Part shown: positions 1 to 12,773 of the stretch, piece after piece
Position numbering within the stretch: position 1 is the stretch's first letter
How the letters are laid out: each line of letters starts with the position of its first letter
NCBI GenBank assembly: GCA_002269645.1
Contig: NIVC01000514.1
Coordinates: forward strand, 372,001 to 436,000
Direction: 5' to 3'
Length of the DNA stretch: 64,000 bases
From: Macrostomum lignano
Taxonomy: Eukaryota
Notes under the pieces: generated by a model
The model's input: only the letters and a program-made list of their open reading frames with translations
The model's database searches: none
Told to the model about the DNA's origin: nothing
Made by a program: the position numbers and the translations under genes

Positions 1-1223
1 AGTCACCCTATCTCAGCCCATCCGCCCCGCTGCCCAGTGAGTAGAGGGGGGGGGCGGCAGCCGGAGTCACCCTATCTCAGCCCATCCGCCCCGCTGCCCA
101 GTGAGAAAAGGGGGGCGGCAGCCGGAGTCACCCCATCTCAGCCCATCCGCCCCGCTGCCCAGTGAGTAGAGGGGGGGGCGGCAGCCGGAGTCACCCCATC
201 TCAGCCCATCCGCCCCGCTGCCCAGTGAGTAGAGGGGGGGGTCGGCAGCCGGAGTCACCCCATCTCAGCCCATCCGCCCCGCTGCCCAGTGAGAAAAGGG
301 GGGGGGGCGGCAGCCGGAGTCACTCCATCTCAGCCCATCCGCCTCGCTGCCCAGTGAGTAGAGGGGGGGGCGGCAGCCGGAGTCACCCCATCTCAGCCCA
401 TCCGCCCCGCTGCCCAGTGAGGAGGGGGGGGGCGGCAGCCGGAGTCACCCCATCTCAGCCCATCCACCCCGCTGCCCAGTGAGAAAAGGGGGGGGGGCGG
501 CAGCCGGAGTCACCCCATCTCAGCCCATCCGCCCCGCTGCCCAGTGAGAAAAGGGGGGCGGCAGCCAGAGTCACCCCATCTCAGCCCATCCGCCCCGCTG
601 CCCAGTGAGTAGAGGGGGGGCGGCAGCCGGAGTCACCCCATCTCAGCCCATCCGCCCCGCTGCCCAGTGAGTAGGGGGGGGGGCGGCAGCCGGAGTCACC
701 ACATCTCAGCCCATCCGCCCCGCTGCCCAGTGAGTAGAGGGGGGGCGGCAGCCGGAGTCACCCCATCTCAGCCCATCCGCCCCGCTGCCCAGTGAGTAGA
801 GAGGGGGGCGGCAGCCGGAATCACCCCATCTCAGCCCATCCGCCCCGCTGCCCAGTGAGAAAAGGGGGGCGGCAGCCGGAGTCACCCCATCTCAGCCCAT
901 CCGCCCCGCTGCCCAGTGAGGAGAGGGGGGGCGGCTGCCGGAGTCACCCCATCTCAGCCCATCCGCCCCGCTGCCCAGTGAGTAGAGGGGGGGCGGCAGC
1001 CGGAGTCACCCCATCTCAGCCCATCCGCCCCGCTGCCCAGTGAGTAGAGGGGGGGCGGCAGCCGGAGTCACCCCATCTCAGCCCATCCGCCCCGCTGCCC
1101 AGTGAGGAGGGGGGGGCGGCAGCCGGAGTCACCCCATCTCAGCCCATCCGCCCCGCTGCCCAGTGAGGAGGGGGGGGGCGGCAGCCGGAGTCACCCCATC
1201 TCAGCCCAACCGCCCCACTGCCC
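1..1223. repeat. Minisatellite, ~61-65 bp unit (AGTCACCCCATCTCAGCCCATCCGCCCCGCTGCCCAGTGAGTAGA-Gn-CGGCAGCCGG), ~20 copies, runs off window start
   Basis: Direct tandem periodicity; unit length varies with the poly-G run. Confidence 0.97.
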
Positions 1224-2207
1224 GTTCGCGCCTCCTCCAGTCTACTCAAGCTTTTTTGTCGCTGTCTGTGTATACGTGTTCCAGAAAAAGTTATTGTGAA
1301 AATTTGTTAGGAACAATATAATTTTTTTTTATTATTTTCCTCCGTTGCGTATTTCCTTGTGGCAGAGGGGGGATTTGGGTGAGACTCTCTGCATAGTTTT
1401 TCAGTTGTTGCAGAAAGAACACAGAAAAGTTTTAAAGGTCTTGAGAACTTTTTACTATAATTTTTTGTCATTTTTCAAACTGTCGAAAGATTTTTGCCGT
1501 TTGTTTATTCTGTTTGGCCTCAGCTTTTGTTGCAAAGCTCATGAGAAGGAAATTTTCATTTTTCCAGCACGAAAGCTGCCTGCATGGTGGCTGGTGCTCA
1601 AACTCATCAGGCGCAAATGGGGCAAACTGGCTCAATCACAGCTCTTGCGAGATACAAAAACTTAGTGACAGAAATGGCAATTTTTGCAAAGCCGTGAAAG
1701 TTTTCTTTTGGAGTTCTGGAGTAAAAGCTGAGCCTGATTATTAGAACTTGAAGACGGCAGTCCGCGGTGTTGGCGACCCCGGCGCACCCGGGTGCGCAGA
1801 GCCCGAGGAGACGCCTCTTGAGGGCTCTCAATGCGTTTTATTTGTAGTTGCACTTCAATACCTTTTCATTGTTTAATTTCGTGTGAACTTTTTTGAAAGG
1901 CTCGCTGAATTTTCAGCAGGTGTTTCTCGTCTAATCAGTCGCTCGTCCCCCGTTTTTGTCTTTTGAATTTTATTTGACTGAAAACTTTTCTGTCGTGAGT
2001 CCTGCAGCTCGATTCACCACGGCTGCCCGGCAACTGAGTTTTGTGTCTCTATACTCGTGCAGATTAAATAAATTTGCTTCTCAAATCCATCAGACCTGAT
2101 TCAGAGCGATTGGAGAGTCTGAAACACAACTGAAAAAAGCTTTCTGACTTCAAATTTTATTGAAAAATGCTTTACAATGGCTTATTGGGACATGGCTCTT
2201 GTGAAGA

Positions 2208-2726
2208 GAGGATCCGCCAGTCCCGAGTGAGGAATCCGCCAGTCCTGAGTGAGGAATCCGCCAGTCCTGAGTGAGGAATCCGCCAGTCCCGGGTGAGGAA
2301 TCCGCCAGTCCCGGGTGAGGAATCCGCCAGTCCCGGGTAAGGAATCCGCCAGTCCCGGGTGAGGAATCCGCCAGTCCCGGGTGAGGAATCTGCCAGTCCC
2401 GGGTGAGGAATCTGCCAGTCCCGGGTGAGGAATCCACCAGTCCCAGGTGAGGAATCCGCCAGTCCCGGGTGAGGAATCCGCCAGTCCCGGGTGAGGAATC
2501 CGCCAGTCCCGGGTGAGGAATCCGCCAGTCCCGGGTGAGGAATCTGCCAGTCCCGGGTGAGGAATCCGCCAGTCCCGGGTGAGGAATCCGCCAGTCCCAG
2601 GTGAGGAATCCGCCAGTCCCGGGTGAGGAATCCGCCAGTCCCGGGTGAGGAATCCGCCAGTCCCGGGTGAGGAATCGGCCAGTCCCGGGTGAGGAATCCG
2701 CCAGTCCCAAAGGAAGAATCCGCCAG
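2208..2726. repeat. 22-bp tandem repeat (GAGGAATCCGCCAGTCCCGGGT), ~23 copies
   Basis: Direct periodicity; explains ORFs 2150-2710 and 2172-2783. Confidence 0.97.
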
Positions 2727-3354
2727 AGAAATAAAAATTCTCTTAAAGTTCGGATACATTAGGCAGGTTAGTGGCAGGTGCAAGCGCTAACAACTCAGAG
2801 CTTTTCAGCCAAGCTGCCACCTGCACCTACTTGTAGCCGCACTTGTCTCCAGCGGATGCTGTGGTCTCTACTCAGCCTTTGGAACAATTTCGTGGGAACT
2901 GAGTCAATGCGATATCCCTCTAACATGACAGACGCGGATGATTGACAGTGTGAACTCTTGACAATCTGTCACACCGGCTGCAATCCACATGCCATTCCTG
3001 GCACTACAGAAAACATCATTTATCAGAAAACAACATCAATTATATTAGGGTAGAAACTGCTCACATTACTTTGCACGTATGCATGGTTCTAAAGTACTCA
3101 ATGTATGATTATCTTTGGCGCCCGGCGCGAGCTCAGATGAAAAATTATTTCAATTTTTCCTGTGGAAAACGACCTATGAGCGTAGAATATGTCAGCGGAT
3201 AAGCTCGAATCCCGAGTGATTGCGTAATGACTGAAACAGCGTGAATGACAAAGGCTGCATTTATTTGAGGCAATTGTGCACCAAAATTTGTCGATGGGTT
3301 GTCGTGCGGTAAACCACCATTGAGGGCCAGCCTCCCCACAAGCACAGAGAAGGT

Positions 3355-5020
3355 ACAAGCCTGACGATTAGAAAGTCACAAGCCTGACGATTAGAAAGTC
3401 ACAACCCTGACGATTAGAAAGTCACAAGCCTGACGATTAGAAATTCACAAGCCTGACGATTAGAAAGTCACAAGCCTGACGATTAGAAAGTCACAAGCCT
3501 GACGATTAGAAAGTCACAAGCCTGACAATTAGAAAGTCACAAGCCTGACGATTAGAAAGTCACAAGCCTGACGATTAGAAAGTCACAAGCCTGACGATTA
3601 GAAAGTCACAAGCCTGACAATTAGAAAGTCACAAGCCTGACGATTAGAAAGTCACAAGCCTGACGATTAGAAAGTCACAAGCCTGACGATTAGAAAGTCG
3701 CAACCCTGACGATTAGAAAGTCACAAGCCTGACGATTAGAAAGTCGCAACCCTGACGATTAGAAAGTCACAAGCCTGACGATTAGAAAGTCGCAACCCTG
3801 ACGATTAGAAAGTCACAAGCCTGACGATTAGAAAGTCGCAACCCTGACGATTAGAAAGTCACAAGCCTGACGATTAGAAAGTCGCAACCCTGACGATTAG
3901 AAAGTCACAAGCCTGACGATTAGAAAGTCGCAACCCTGACGATTAGAAAGTCACAAGCCTGACGATTAGAAAGTCACAAGACTGACAATTAGAAAGTCAC
4001 AAGCCTGACGATTAGAAAGTCACAAGCCTGACGATTAGAAAGTCGCAACCCTGACGATTAGAAAGTCACAAGCCTGACGATTAGAAAGTCACAAGCCTGA
4101 CGATTAGAAAGTCGCAACCCTGACGATTAGAAAGTCACAAGCCTGACGATTAGAAAGTCACAAGACTGACAATTAGAAAGTCACAAGCCTGACGATTAGA
4201 AAGTCACAAGCCTGACGATTAGAAAGTCGCAACCCTGACGATTAGAAAGTCACAAGCCTGACAATTAGAAAGTCACAAGCCTGACGATTAGAAATTCACA
4301 AGCCTGACGATTAGAAAGTCACAAGCCTGACGATTAGAAAGTCACAAGCCTGACGATTAGAAAGTCGCAACCCTGACGATTAGAAAGTCACAAGCCTGAC
4401 GATTAGAAAGTCGCAACCCTGACGATTAGAAAGTCACAAGCCTGACGATTAGAAAGTCGCAACCCTGAAGATTAGAAAGTCACAAGCCTGACGATTAGAA
4501 AGTCACAAGCCTGACAATTAGAAAGTCACAAGCCTGACGATTAGAAAGTCACAAGCCTGACGATTAGAAAGTCACAAGCCTGACAATTAAAAAGTCACAA
4601 GCCTGACAATTAGAAAGTCACAAGCCTGACGATTAGAAAGTCACAAGCCTGACAATTAGAAAGTCACAAGCCTGACAATTAGAAAGTCACAAGCCTGACG
4701 ATTAGAAAGTCACAAGCCTAACGATTAGAAAGTCACAAGCCTGACGATTAGAAAGTCGCAACCCTGACGATTAGAAAGTCACAAGCCTGACGATTAGAAA
4801 GTCACAAGCCTGACAATTAGAAAGTCACAAGCCTGACAATTAGAAAGTCACAAGCCTGACGATTAGAAAGTCACAAGCCTGACGATTAGAAAGTCACAAG
4901 CCTGACGATTAGAAAGTCACAAGCCTGACAATAAGAAAGTCACAAGCCTGACGATTAGAAAGTCACAAGCCTGACGATTAGAAAGTCACAAGCCTGACAA
5001 TTAGAAAGTCACAAGCCTGA
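3355..5020. repeat. 23-bp tandem repeat (CTGACGATTAGAAAGTCACAAGC), ~72 copies
   Basis: Direct periodicity with a few recurrent variants (GTCGCAACCC, GACAATT). Confidence 0.98.
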
Positions 5021-5439
5021 AGGCGTTGTGCCAGGGTGCATACAGCCCTTACTGCAAATATCTAGATATTATCATTAGTATTGATAAAAGCAAACTAACT
5101 CATGATGCATAGCACGAGCTACCTTCAGTTGATTCTCTGCTTTTGGACCCAAGATCAACTCCAAGTCACGTTCTGTACAGCAGCCCCGATTTCCCCGTCA
5201 TCAACGTACGCCCGAATCGCACAAGCCTCAGGCCAGGATTTCGCTGACCCACGAATCAACGTAGCCGCGCTCGAAAATTTGCCCACCCTGTTGCATTGCG
5301 GATGCCGCTCGTGAGGCTCTGCAGAAAGCTCTGCTCCCCTCCAACCGACCAATCGCAGAGAAGATTGTATAGCAAGAAAAAGATATATACGTGAACACCT
5401 GCTTGCATCCATCAGCGACCGTGTTATCGCAGTAAACGC

Positions 5440-6777
5440 ATGATGACCTACACAGCTTGCTTCATCCTGATGGCTGTGGCAGCCGCAGGTGCAACCAGCA
5501 GCTCCGGTACCAGCACCAAGGTTGTTTTTCAAAAAGTATCCAAATGCCCAACTGACAGCTCAAGCCTCATCCAGCTAAGACGCCTCGAAGGCCTTCGAGA
5601 CCTTCGGGCCTGCTTTGTCGAGTGCGCCTCGAACGAAAGCTGCTCCGTGCTGCACAGGGCTTTGGACCAGGACTCCGTGTGCTACTTCGGTACCGCTGAG
5701 CAGCTGGGAGCTCTGTTTGTGGAGTCTGCGGCACCTGGGTGCGTCAGCCACGTCAGGATTTCGAACTGGACTACCGGAGACCAACAAACCACAAAAGCTT
5801 CTGACGCGTCTGATGCTTCAACAGCGACAACCATTCCCACCACAACCGCTCCGACAACCGCTCCGACAACAACCGCTTCGACAACCACTCTGACAACAAC
5901 CGCTCCAACAACCGCTCCGACAAAAACCGCTTCGACAACCGCTCCGACAACAACCGCTCCGACAACCGCTCCGATAACAACAGCTCCGATAACAACAGCT
6001 CCGAAAACAACCGCTCCGACAACCGCTCCAAGTATGACCTCTCCAGACACTGTGAATACAGCAAAGTCTGCTACAACTGCGGCAGCTGCGGCTCCTGCCG
6101 TCAGTCTCAGCTCCGCCCTGCTCTCGAAGCTGCTCATCCTGTTCGACTTCCGCAAAGGATTCGAAAACGTCGTCGATCCCTCAAAGTACGTAGCGACTCC
6201 TCGAGGCTCGATCACCAGAGACGAACGAGGCGCCCACTTTCCCGGAGGCAGCTCTAACTTCATCGATGTCGACACAGACGGCGGCGCTCTCGGCACCAAC
6301 TACCTGGACCATCCGAGGAACTTCACCTTCTTCGCCAGGGTGATCAGACGCACCTACTACCAGCAGAGCTACCACTTCTTCCACGACTGCTCGGGTGTCT
6401 TCGTTGGAAGGTTCGGGGACCGTGGGGGCCGGCTGTGGGTGGAGCACCCGTTTCCCAGCCAGCCAACGTGGCCCAACTATCAGCAAACTCGCCAGTCCAG
6501 CGCGGCTCCGCTTTCAACCAGCAACGTTGCTCAGCTGGTGTCGTCCGCAGCCGTGTTCACCGGGAAGAGCCTCAGCACCTTCTACCTGAACCAGTCATTT
6601 CTGGCCGCTGACGCAGACCTGGAGTGGAGTAAGAGAAAGGCGCCTCGGTGCCTGAGACTCGGCTTTGACAGCAACTCTGAATACGTCCTCAGAGGCCGAA
6701 TGGTTTGCTACGCAACTGCGAAGGCGGCTCTTGGCCTCTCGGAGCTGCGCGAGCTGGAGAACTTTTGCGCTAATTAA
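5440..6777 (+). CDS. Intronless secreted protein: signal peptide, Cys-rich PAN/apple-like domain, Thr/Pro mucin-like linker, C-terminal LamG/ConA-like domain (445 aa)
   Basis: 445-aa ATG-to-TAA ORF with GC3-rich codons; hydrophobic N-terminus MMTYTACFILMAVAAAGA; C...C-x3-C-x5-C spacing (CFVECASNESC); TTAP repeats; LLILFDF...GAHF...NFTFFARV pattern typical of LamG-like folds. Domain names come from pattern recognition, not a search. AATAAA at 6895. Confidence 0.8.
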   Translation: MMTYTACFILMAVAAAGATSSSGTSTKVVFQKVSKCPTDSSSLIQLRRLEGLRDLRACFVECASNESCSVLHRALDQDSVCYFGTAEQLGALFVESAAPGCVSHVRISNWTTGDQQTTKASDASDASTATTIPTTTAPTTAPTTTASTTTLTTTAPTTAPTKTASTTAPTTTAPTTAPITTAPITTAPKTTAPTTAPSMTSPDTVNTAKSATTAAAAAPAVSLSSALLSKLLILFDFRKGFENVVDPSKYVATPRGSITRDERGAHFPGGSSNFIDVDTDGGALGTNYLDHPRNFTFFARVIRRTYYQQSYHFFHDCSGVFVGRFGDRGGRLWVEHPFPSQPTWPNYQQTRQSSAAPLSTSNVAQLVSSAAVFTGKSLSTFYLNQSFLAADADLEWSKRKAPRCLRLGFDSNSEYVLRGRMVCYATAKAALGLSELRELENFCAN

Positions 6778-7192
6778 AGAAATCAATGCGTAGTTTTTTA
6801 TGACAACCCGATAGGAATTTTGACTGTTGGTCTCAATCAAACCTAAAGTTTTAACAATGGGCCTCCCGCTGGCAGCACAGCTGCACGAGTCTCAAATAAA
6901 CTCGAATAAATTCTAATCGATTTCTGTTGCCACATCAACACCTTGGTGTCGCATATGCTGCAGCAGCTGCAGAAAATGGCTTTAAGGCTTTCTGATTTTT
7001 TAGCAACGTACCTAAGTTGGAAAATAAAACAGCAAGACGCTCCGTTACACTTCGTTACCTGCTGATCATGTAGCCGGCGAAACCTTTGATCGATTTTGAC
7101 CATAGACAACACAGTGTGACCACAGAATGCACGGAATGATGAAATTCTACTTCTTAGCAAAGCTTTTAATAAGACTCTTCTTGGTAGGCACA

Positions 7193-7530
7193 AAGACAAA
7201 CAGACCACTAAGACAAACAGACCACTAAGACAAACAGACCACTAAGACAAACAGACCACAAAGACAAACAGACCACTACGACAAACAGACCACTAAGACA
7301 GACAAACCACTCTAAGACAAACAGACCACTAAGACAAACAGACCGCAAAGACAAACAGACCACTAAGACAAACAGACCACTAAGACAGACAGACCACTAA
7401 GACAGACAGACCACTAAGACAAACAGACCACTAAGACAAACAGACCACTAAGACAAACAGACCACTAAGACAAACAGGCCACTAAGACAAACAGGCCACT
7501 AAGACAAACAGACCACTAAGACAAACAGAC
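7193..7530. repeat. 17-bp tandem repeat (CAGACCACTAAGACAAA), ~20 copies
   Basis: Direct periodicity. Confidence 0.95.
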
Positions 7531-8084
7531 ACAAGACACTGAGACGTACAAACACGAAGTCAGACAGTTGTAGCCACTTACAGACTTATGTACGGTAGAG
7601 GAGCAGCAGAAGTCTTCAGCCTTCAAGCCCGTGAGCAAACAGAAGCTGTAGGCGTAGAAGAACTTCGTGGAATTTCTTTCCCTCCTATCAAAGCCAGCCC
7701 CAGCCACGCACTGCAGTACATTTTACATGCATGCTACAGCACATAGCTGTTACGATTTGCATAAACTTAGTAATCCTGTCTGAATATCGCTTATTATTTG
7801 AGCTGAATCGGTAAATATATTTAAAATACATTTACCTGTCCGTAGATTATTAAGCTCTCCAATCCAATCTCTTCTTTTGAGTGAAAAAGTCCGCATACTC
7901 AGTGCACGAGTGTTTGGTCTGTTGACTCTCAAAGCCGCTCTTTTGGTGCCTCATTGATGCTTTCGAGTCGCACCTTCCTCACCTCTGAGTTTGATTGTAA
8001 GAATCCGGTAGTGTAGCTCGCTTGGCTAGTAAAAGGAAAATGAATCCGAAAATCAACATAATGTAAGTAACGACGCGTTTCGCA

Positions 8085-8808
<724 letters not shown>

Positions 8809-9444
8809 GACCCAGCAAACTCATGAATTTGCCTCTGCCTTGACTATGCGTTGCAATCAAATTTCATGGGCATATTTTACTCTAACAGTTATTGACTTCT
8901 TCGCAGGGCTTTCTAGAATTTAGACAAGTCATTTAAGTTCTTAGAAAATAGTATATCCAATCTGAATTTTTCCATTTTCCACTGTTTGTCAATTTCCGCA
9001 CTAAATTTACTTTGCGGAACCTGATCTGGATCTGCATTTGCCACCCATGCAGTCTTATAACGAATTGTAGATAAAATTGTGCAAATTCCATTAGAATTTA
9101 GAGTCAGTTTTTCCCAATCCAAACCCAGGTTAGGCTTTACTATTTGAGTAAAATTCAGATCCGGTTGGGAAACTCAAACAAGCAATCTTAATGCATAGCA
9201 GCTAACTTACTAATTGTGAGAGTTGGCCTCCGGCATCTGGCTGGTGCGACATGCAAGCACGGGCCATGGCAACTGCAAACTCTGATATTAAACACCAAAG
9301 TGGAGAATCTATCCTTAATTGAATTTAAAGTAGACTGCTAAATCTTTAACCACATTTGGCTAATCATTTTTTACTCGTCAGCCAATAAACGCTTGATATT
9401 CTGATAAGCTCTCCGATATTTCGTATATTCCTGCTCTCTGACTG

Positions 9445-12298
9445 GAAATCAACGTCTTCATTGGTTACATGGATTCTAGAAATCAACGTCTTCATTGGTT
9501 ACATGGATTCTAGAAATCAACGTCTTCATTGGTTACATGGATTCTAGAAATCAACGTCTTCATTGGTTACATGGATTCTAGAAATCAACGTCTTCATTGG
9601 TTACATGGATTCTAGAAATCAACGTCTTCATTGGTTACATGGATTCTAGAAATCAACGTCTTCATTGGTTACATGGATTCTAGAAATCAACGTCTTCATT
9701 GGTTACATGGATTCTAGAAATCAACGTCTTCATTGGTTACATGGATTCTAGAAATCAACGTCTTCATTGGTTACATGGATTCTAGAAATCAACGTCTTCA
9801 TTGGTTACATGGATTCTAGAAATCAACGTCTTCATTGGTTACATGGATTCTAGAAATCAACGTCTTCATTGGTTACATGGATTCTAGAAATCAACGTCTT
9901 CATTGGTTACATGGATTCTAGAAATCAACGTCTTCATTGGTTACATGGATTCTAGAAATCAACGTCTTCATTGGTTACATGGATTCTAGAAATCAACGTC
10001 TTCATTGGTTACATGGATTCTAGAAATCAACGTCTTCATTGGTTACATGGATTCTAGAAATCAACGTCTTCATTGGTTACATGGATTCTAGAAATCAACG
10101 TCTTCATTGGTTACATGGATTCTAGAAATCAACGTCTTCATTGGTTACATGGATTCTAGAAATCAACGTCTTCATTGGTTACATGGATTCTAGAAATCAA
10201 CGTCTTCATTGGTTACATGGATTCTAGAAATCAACGTCTTCATTGGTTACATGGATTCTAGAAATCAACGTCTTCATTGGTTACATGGATTCTAGAAATC
10301 AACGTCTTCATTGGTTACATGGATTCTAGAAATCAACGTCTTCATTGGTTACATGGATTCTAGAAATCAACGTCTTCATTGGTTACATGGATTCTAGAAA
10401 TCAACGTCTTCATTGGTTACATGGATTCTAGAAATCAACGTCTTCATTGGTTACATGGATTCTAGAAATCAACGTCTTCATTGGTTACATGGATTCTAGA
10501 AATCAACGTCTTCATTGGTTACATGGATTCTAGAAATCAACGTCTTCATTGGTTACATGGATTCTAGAAATCAACGTCTTCATTGGTTACATGGATTCTA
10601 GAAATCAACGTCTTCATTGGTTACATGGATTCTAGAAATCAACGTCTTCATTGGTTACATGGATTCTAGAAATCAACGTCTTCATTGGTTACATGGATTC
10701 TAGAAATCAACGTCTTCATTGGTTACATGGATTCTAGAAATCAACGTCTTCATTGGTTACATGGATTCTAGAAATCAACGTCTTCATTGGTTACATGGAT
10801 TCTAGAAATCAACGTCTTCATTGGTTACATGGATTCTAGAAATCAACGTCTTCATTGGTTACATGGATTCTAGAAATCAACGTCTTCATTGGTTACATGG
10901 ATTCTAGAAATCAACGTCTTCATTGGTTACATGGATTCTAGAAATCAACGTCTTCATTGGTTACATGGATTCTAGAAATCAACGTCTTCATTGGTTACAT
11001 GGATTCTAGAAATCAACGTCTTCATTGGTTACATGGATTCTAGAAATCAACGTCTTCATTGGTTACATGGATTCTAGAAATCAACGTCTTCATTGGTTAC
11101 ATGGATTCTAGAAATCAACGTCTTCATTGGTTACATGGATTCTAGAAATCAACGTCTTCATTGGTTACATGGATTCTAGAAATCAACGTCTTCATTGGTT
11201 ACATGGATTCTAGAAATCAACGTCTTCATTGGTTACATGGATTCTAGAAATCAACGTCTTCATTGGTTACATGGATTCTAGAAATCAACGTCTTCATTGG
11301 TTACATGGATTCTAGAAATCAACGTCTTCATTGGTTACATGGATTCTAGAAATCAACGTCTTCATTGGTTACATGGATTCTAGAAATCAACGTCTTCATT
11401 GGTTACATGGATTCTAGAAATCAACGTCTTCATTGGTTACATGGATTCTAGAAATCAACGTCTTCATTGGTTACATGGATTCTAGAAATCAACGTCTTCA
11501 TTGGTTACATGGATTCTAGAAATCAACGTCTTCATTGGTTACATGGATTCTAGAAATCAACGTCTTCATTGGTTACATGGATTCTAGAAATCAACGTCTT
11601 CATTGGTTACATGGATTCTAGAAATCAACGTCTTCATTGGTTACATGGATTCTAGAAATCAACGTCTTCATTGGTTACATGGATTCTAGAAATCAACGTC
11701 TTCATTGGTTACATGGATTCTAGAAATCAACGTCTTCATTGGTTACATGGATTCTAGAAATCAACGTCTTCATTGGTTACATGGATTCTAGAAATCAACG
11801 TCTTCATTGGTTACATGGATTCTAGAAATCAACGTCTTCATTGGTTACATGGATTCTAGAAATCAACGTCTTCATTGGTTACATGGATTCTAGAAATCAA
11901 CGTCTTCATTGGTTACATGGATTCTAGAAATCAACGTCTTCATTGGTTACATGGATTCTAGAAATCAACGTCTTCATTGGTTACATGGATTCTAGAAATC
12001 AACGTCTTCATTGGTTACATGGATTCTAGAAATCAACGTCTTCATTGGTTACATGGATTCTAGAAATCAACGTCTTCATTGGTTACATGGATTCTAGAAA
12101 TCAACGTCTTCATTGGTTACATGGATTCTAGAAATCAACGTCTTCATTGGTTACATGGATTCTAGAAATCAACGTCTTCATTGGTTACATGGATTCTAGA
12201 AATCAACGTCTTCATTGGTTACATGGATTCTAGAAATCAACGTCTTCATTGGTTACATGGATTCTAGAAATCAACGTCTTCATTGGTTACATGGATTC
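9445..12298. repeat. 34-bp tandem repeat (GAAATCAACGTCTTCATTGGTTACATGGATTCTA), ~84 apparently identical copies
   Basis: 2854 bp / 34; no variant unit seen; no spacers. Confidence 0.99.
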
Positions 12299-12773
12299 GT
12301 TGCCTAAACGGCACGGGGACCCTGCGAAACGCTGTGGCTCATTGGAGAGTTGCTGAGATGCCAAGGCTCCTGGGGGGGATTGCTGATAGTTCAGGGCTTA
12401 CGGAGCAATTGCTTGCGATTTCGAGACTTATGAGGGAGCTGCTGAAATGTTGAGGCTGAAGGTTCATACTGGAGTTGCTAAGATGCTAAGACTCACGCAA
12501 TAGTGTTAGGATTAGGGTTTGGGCCGGGTCAGTTTTGGGGTCAGGTTTAGGGTTCAAATCATAGAATCTACCTATACCAAACGCCTAATCTTCTGAAATA
12601 CTAAAATCCGTATACTAAATCTAAAATAATCGTCAAGAGAAAAAACTGATGCACTGGGTGAGACAGTGATTATTGCACAGGATGAGACATGGATTATTGT
12701 AATAGCTTTGCTGTGTGTTGCGTATAACATGGGTGACTTTAGCATCACTTTAATCAAATAGACTTTTGCAAAG

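Noticed and set aside
1782-1797. Perfect 16-bp palindrome GCGCACCCGGGTGCGC as a Helitron end or terminator
   Set aside because: No CTRR terminus at the expected distance and no other support.
5155-5400. YVDD reverse-transcriptase-like motif in a minus-strand ORF (IRAYVDDG)
   Set aside because: Isolated four-residue match with no other RT motifs recognisable.
9445-12298. CRISPR array (34-bp repeats)
   Set aside because: Units are contiguous with no spacers, there are no cas genes, and the context is eukaryotic.
12500-12555. Interstitial telomere (TTAGGG-like words; also CCCTAA in the 43-bp array at 27494)
   Set aside because: Only isolated hexamers, no tandem TTAGGG run.
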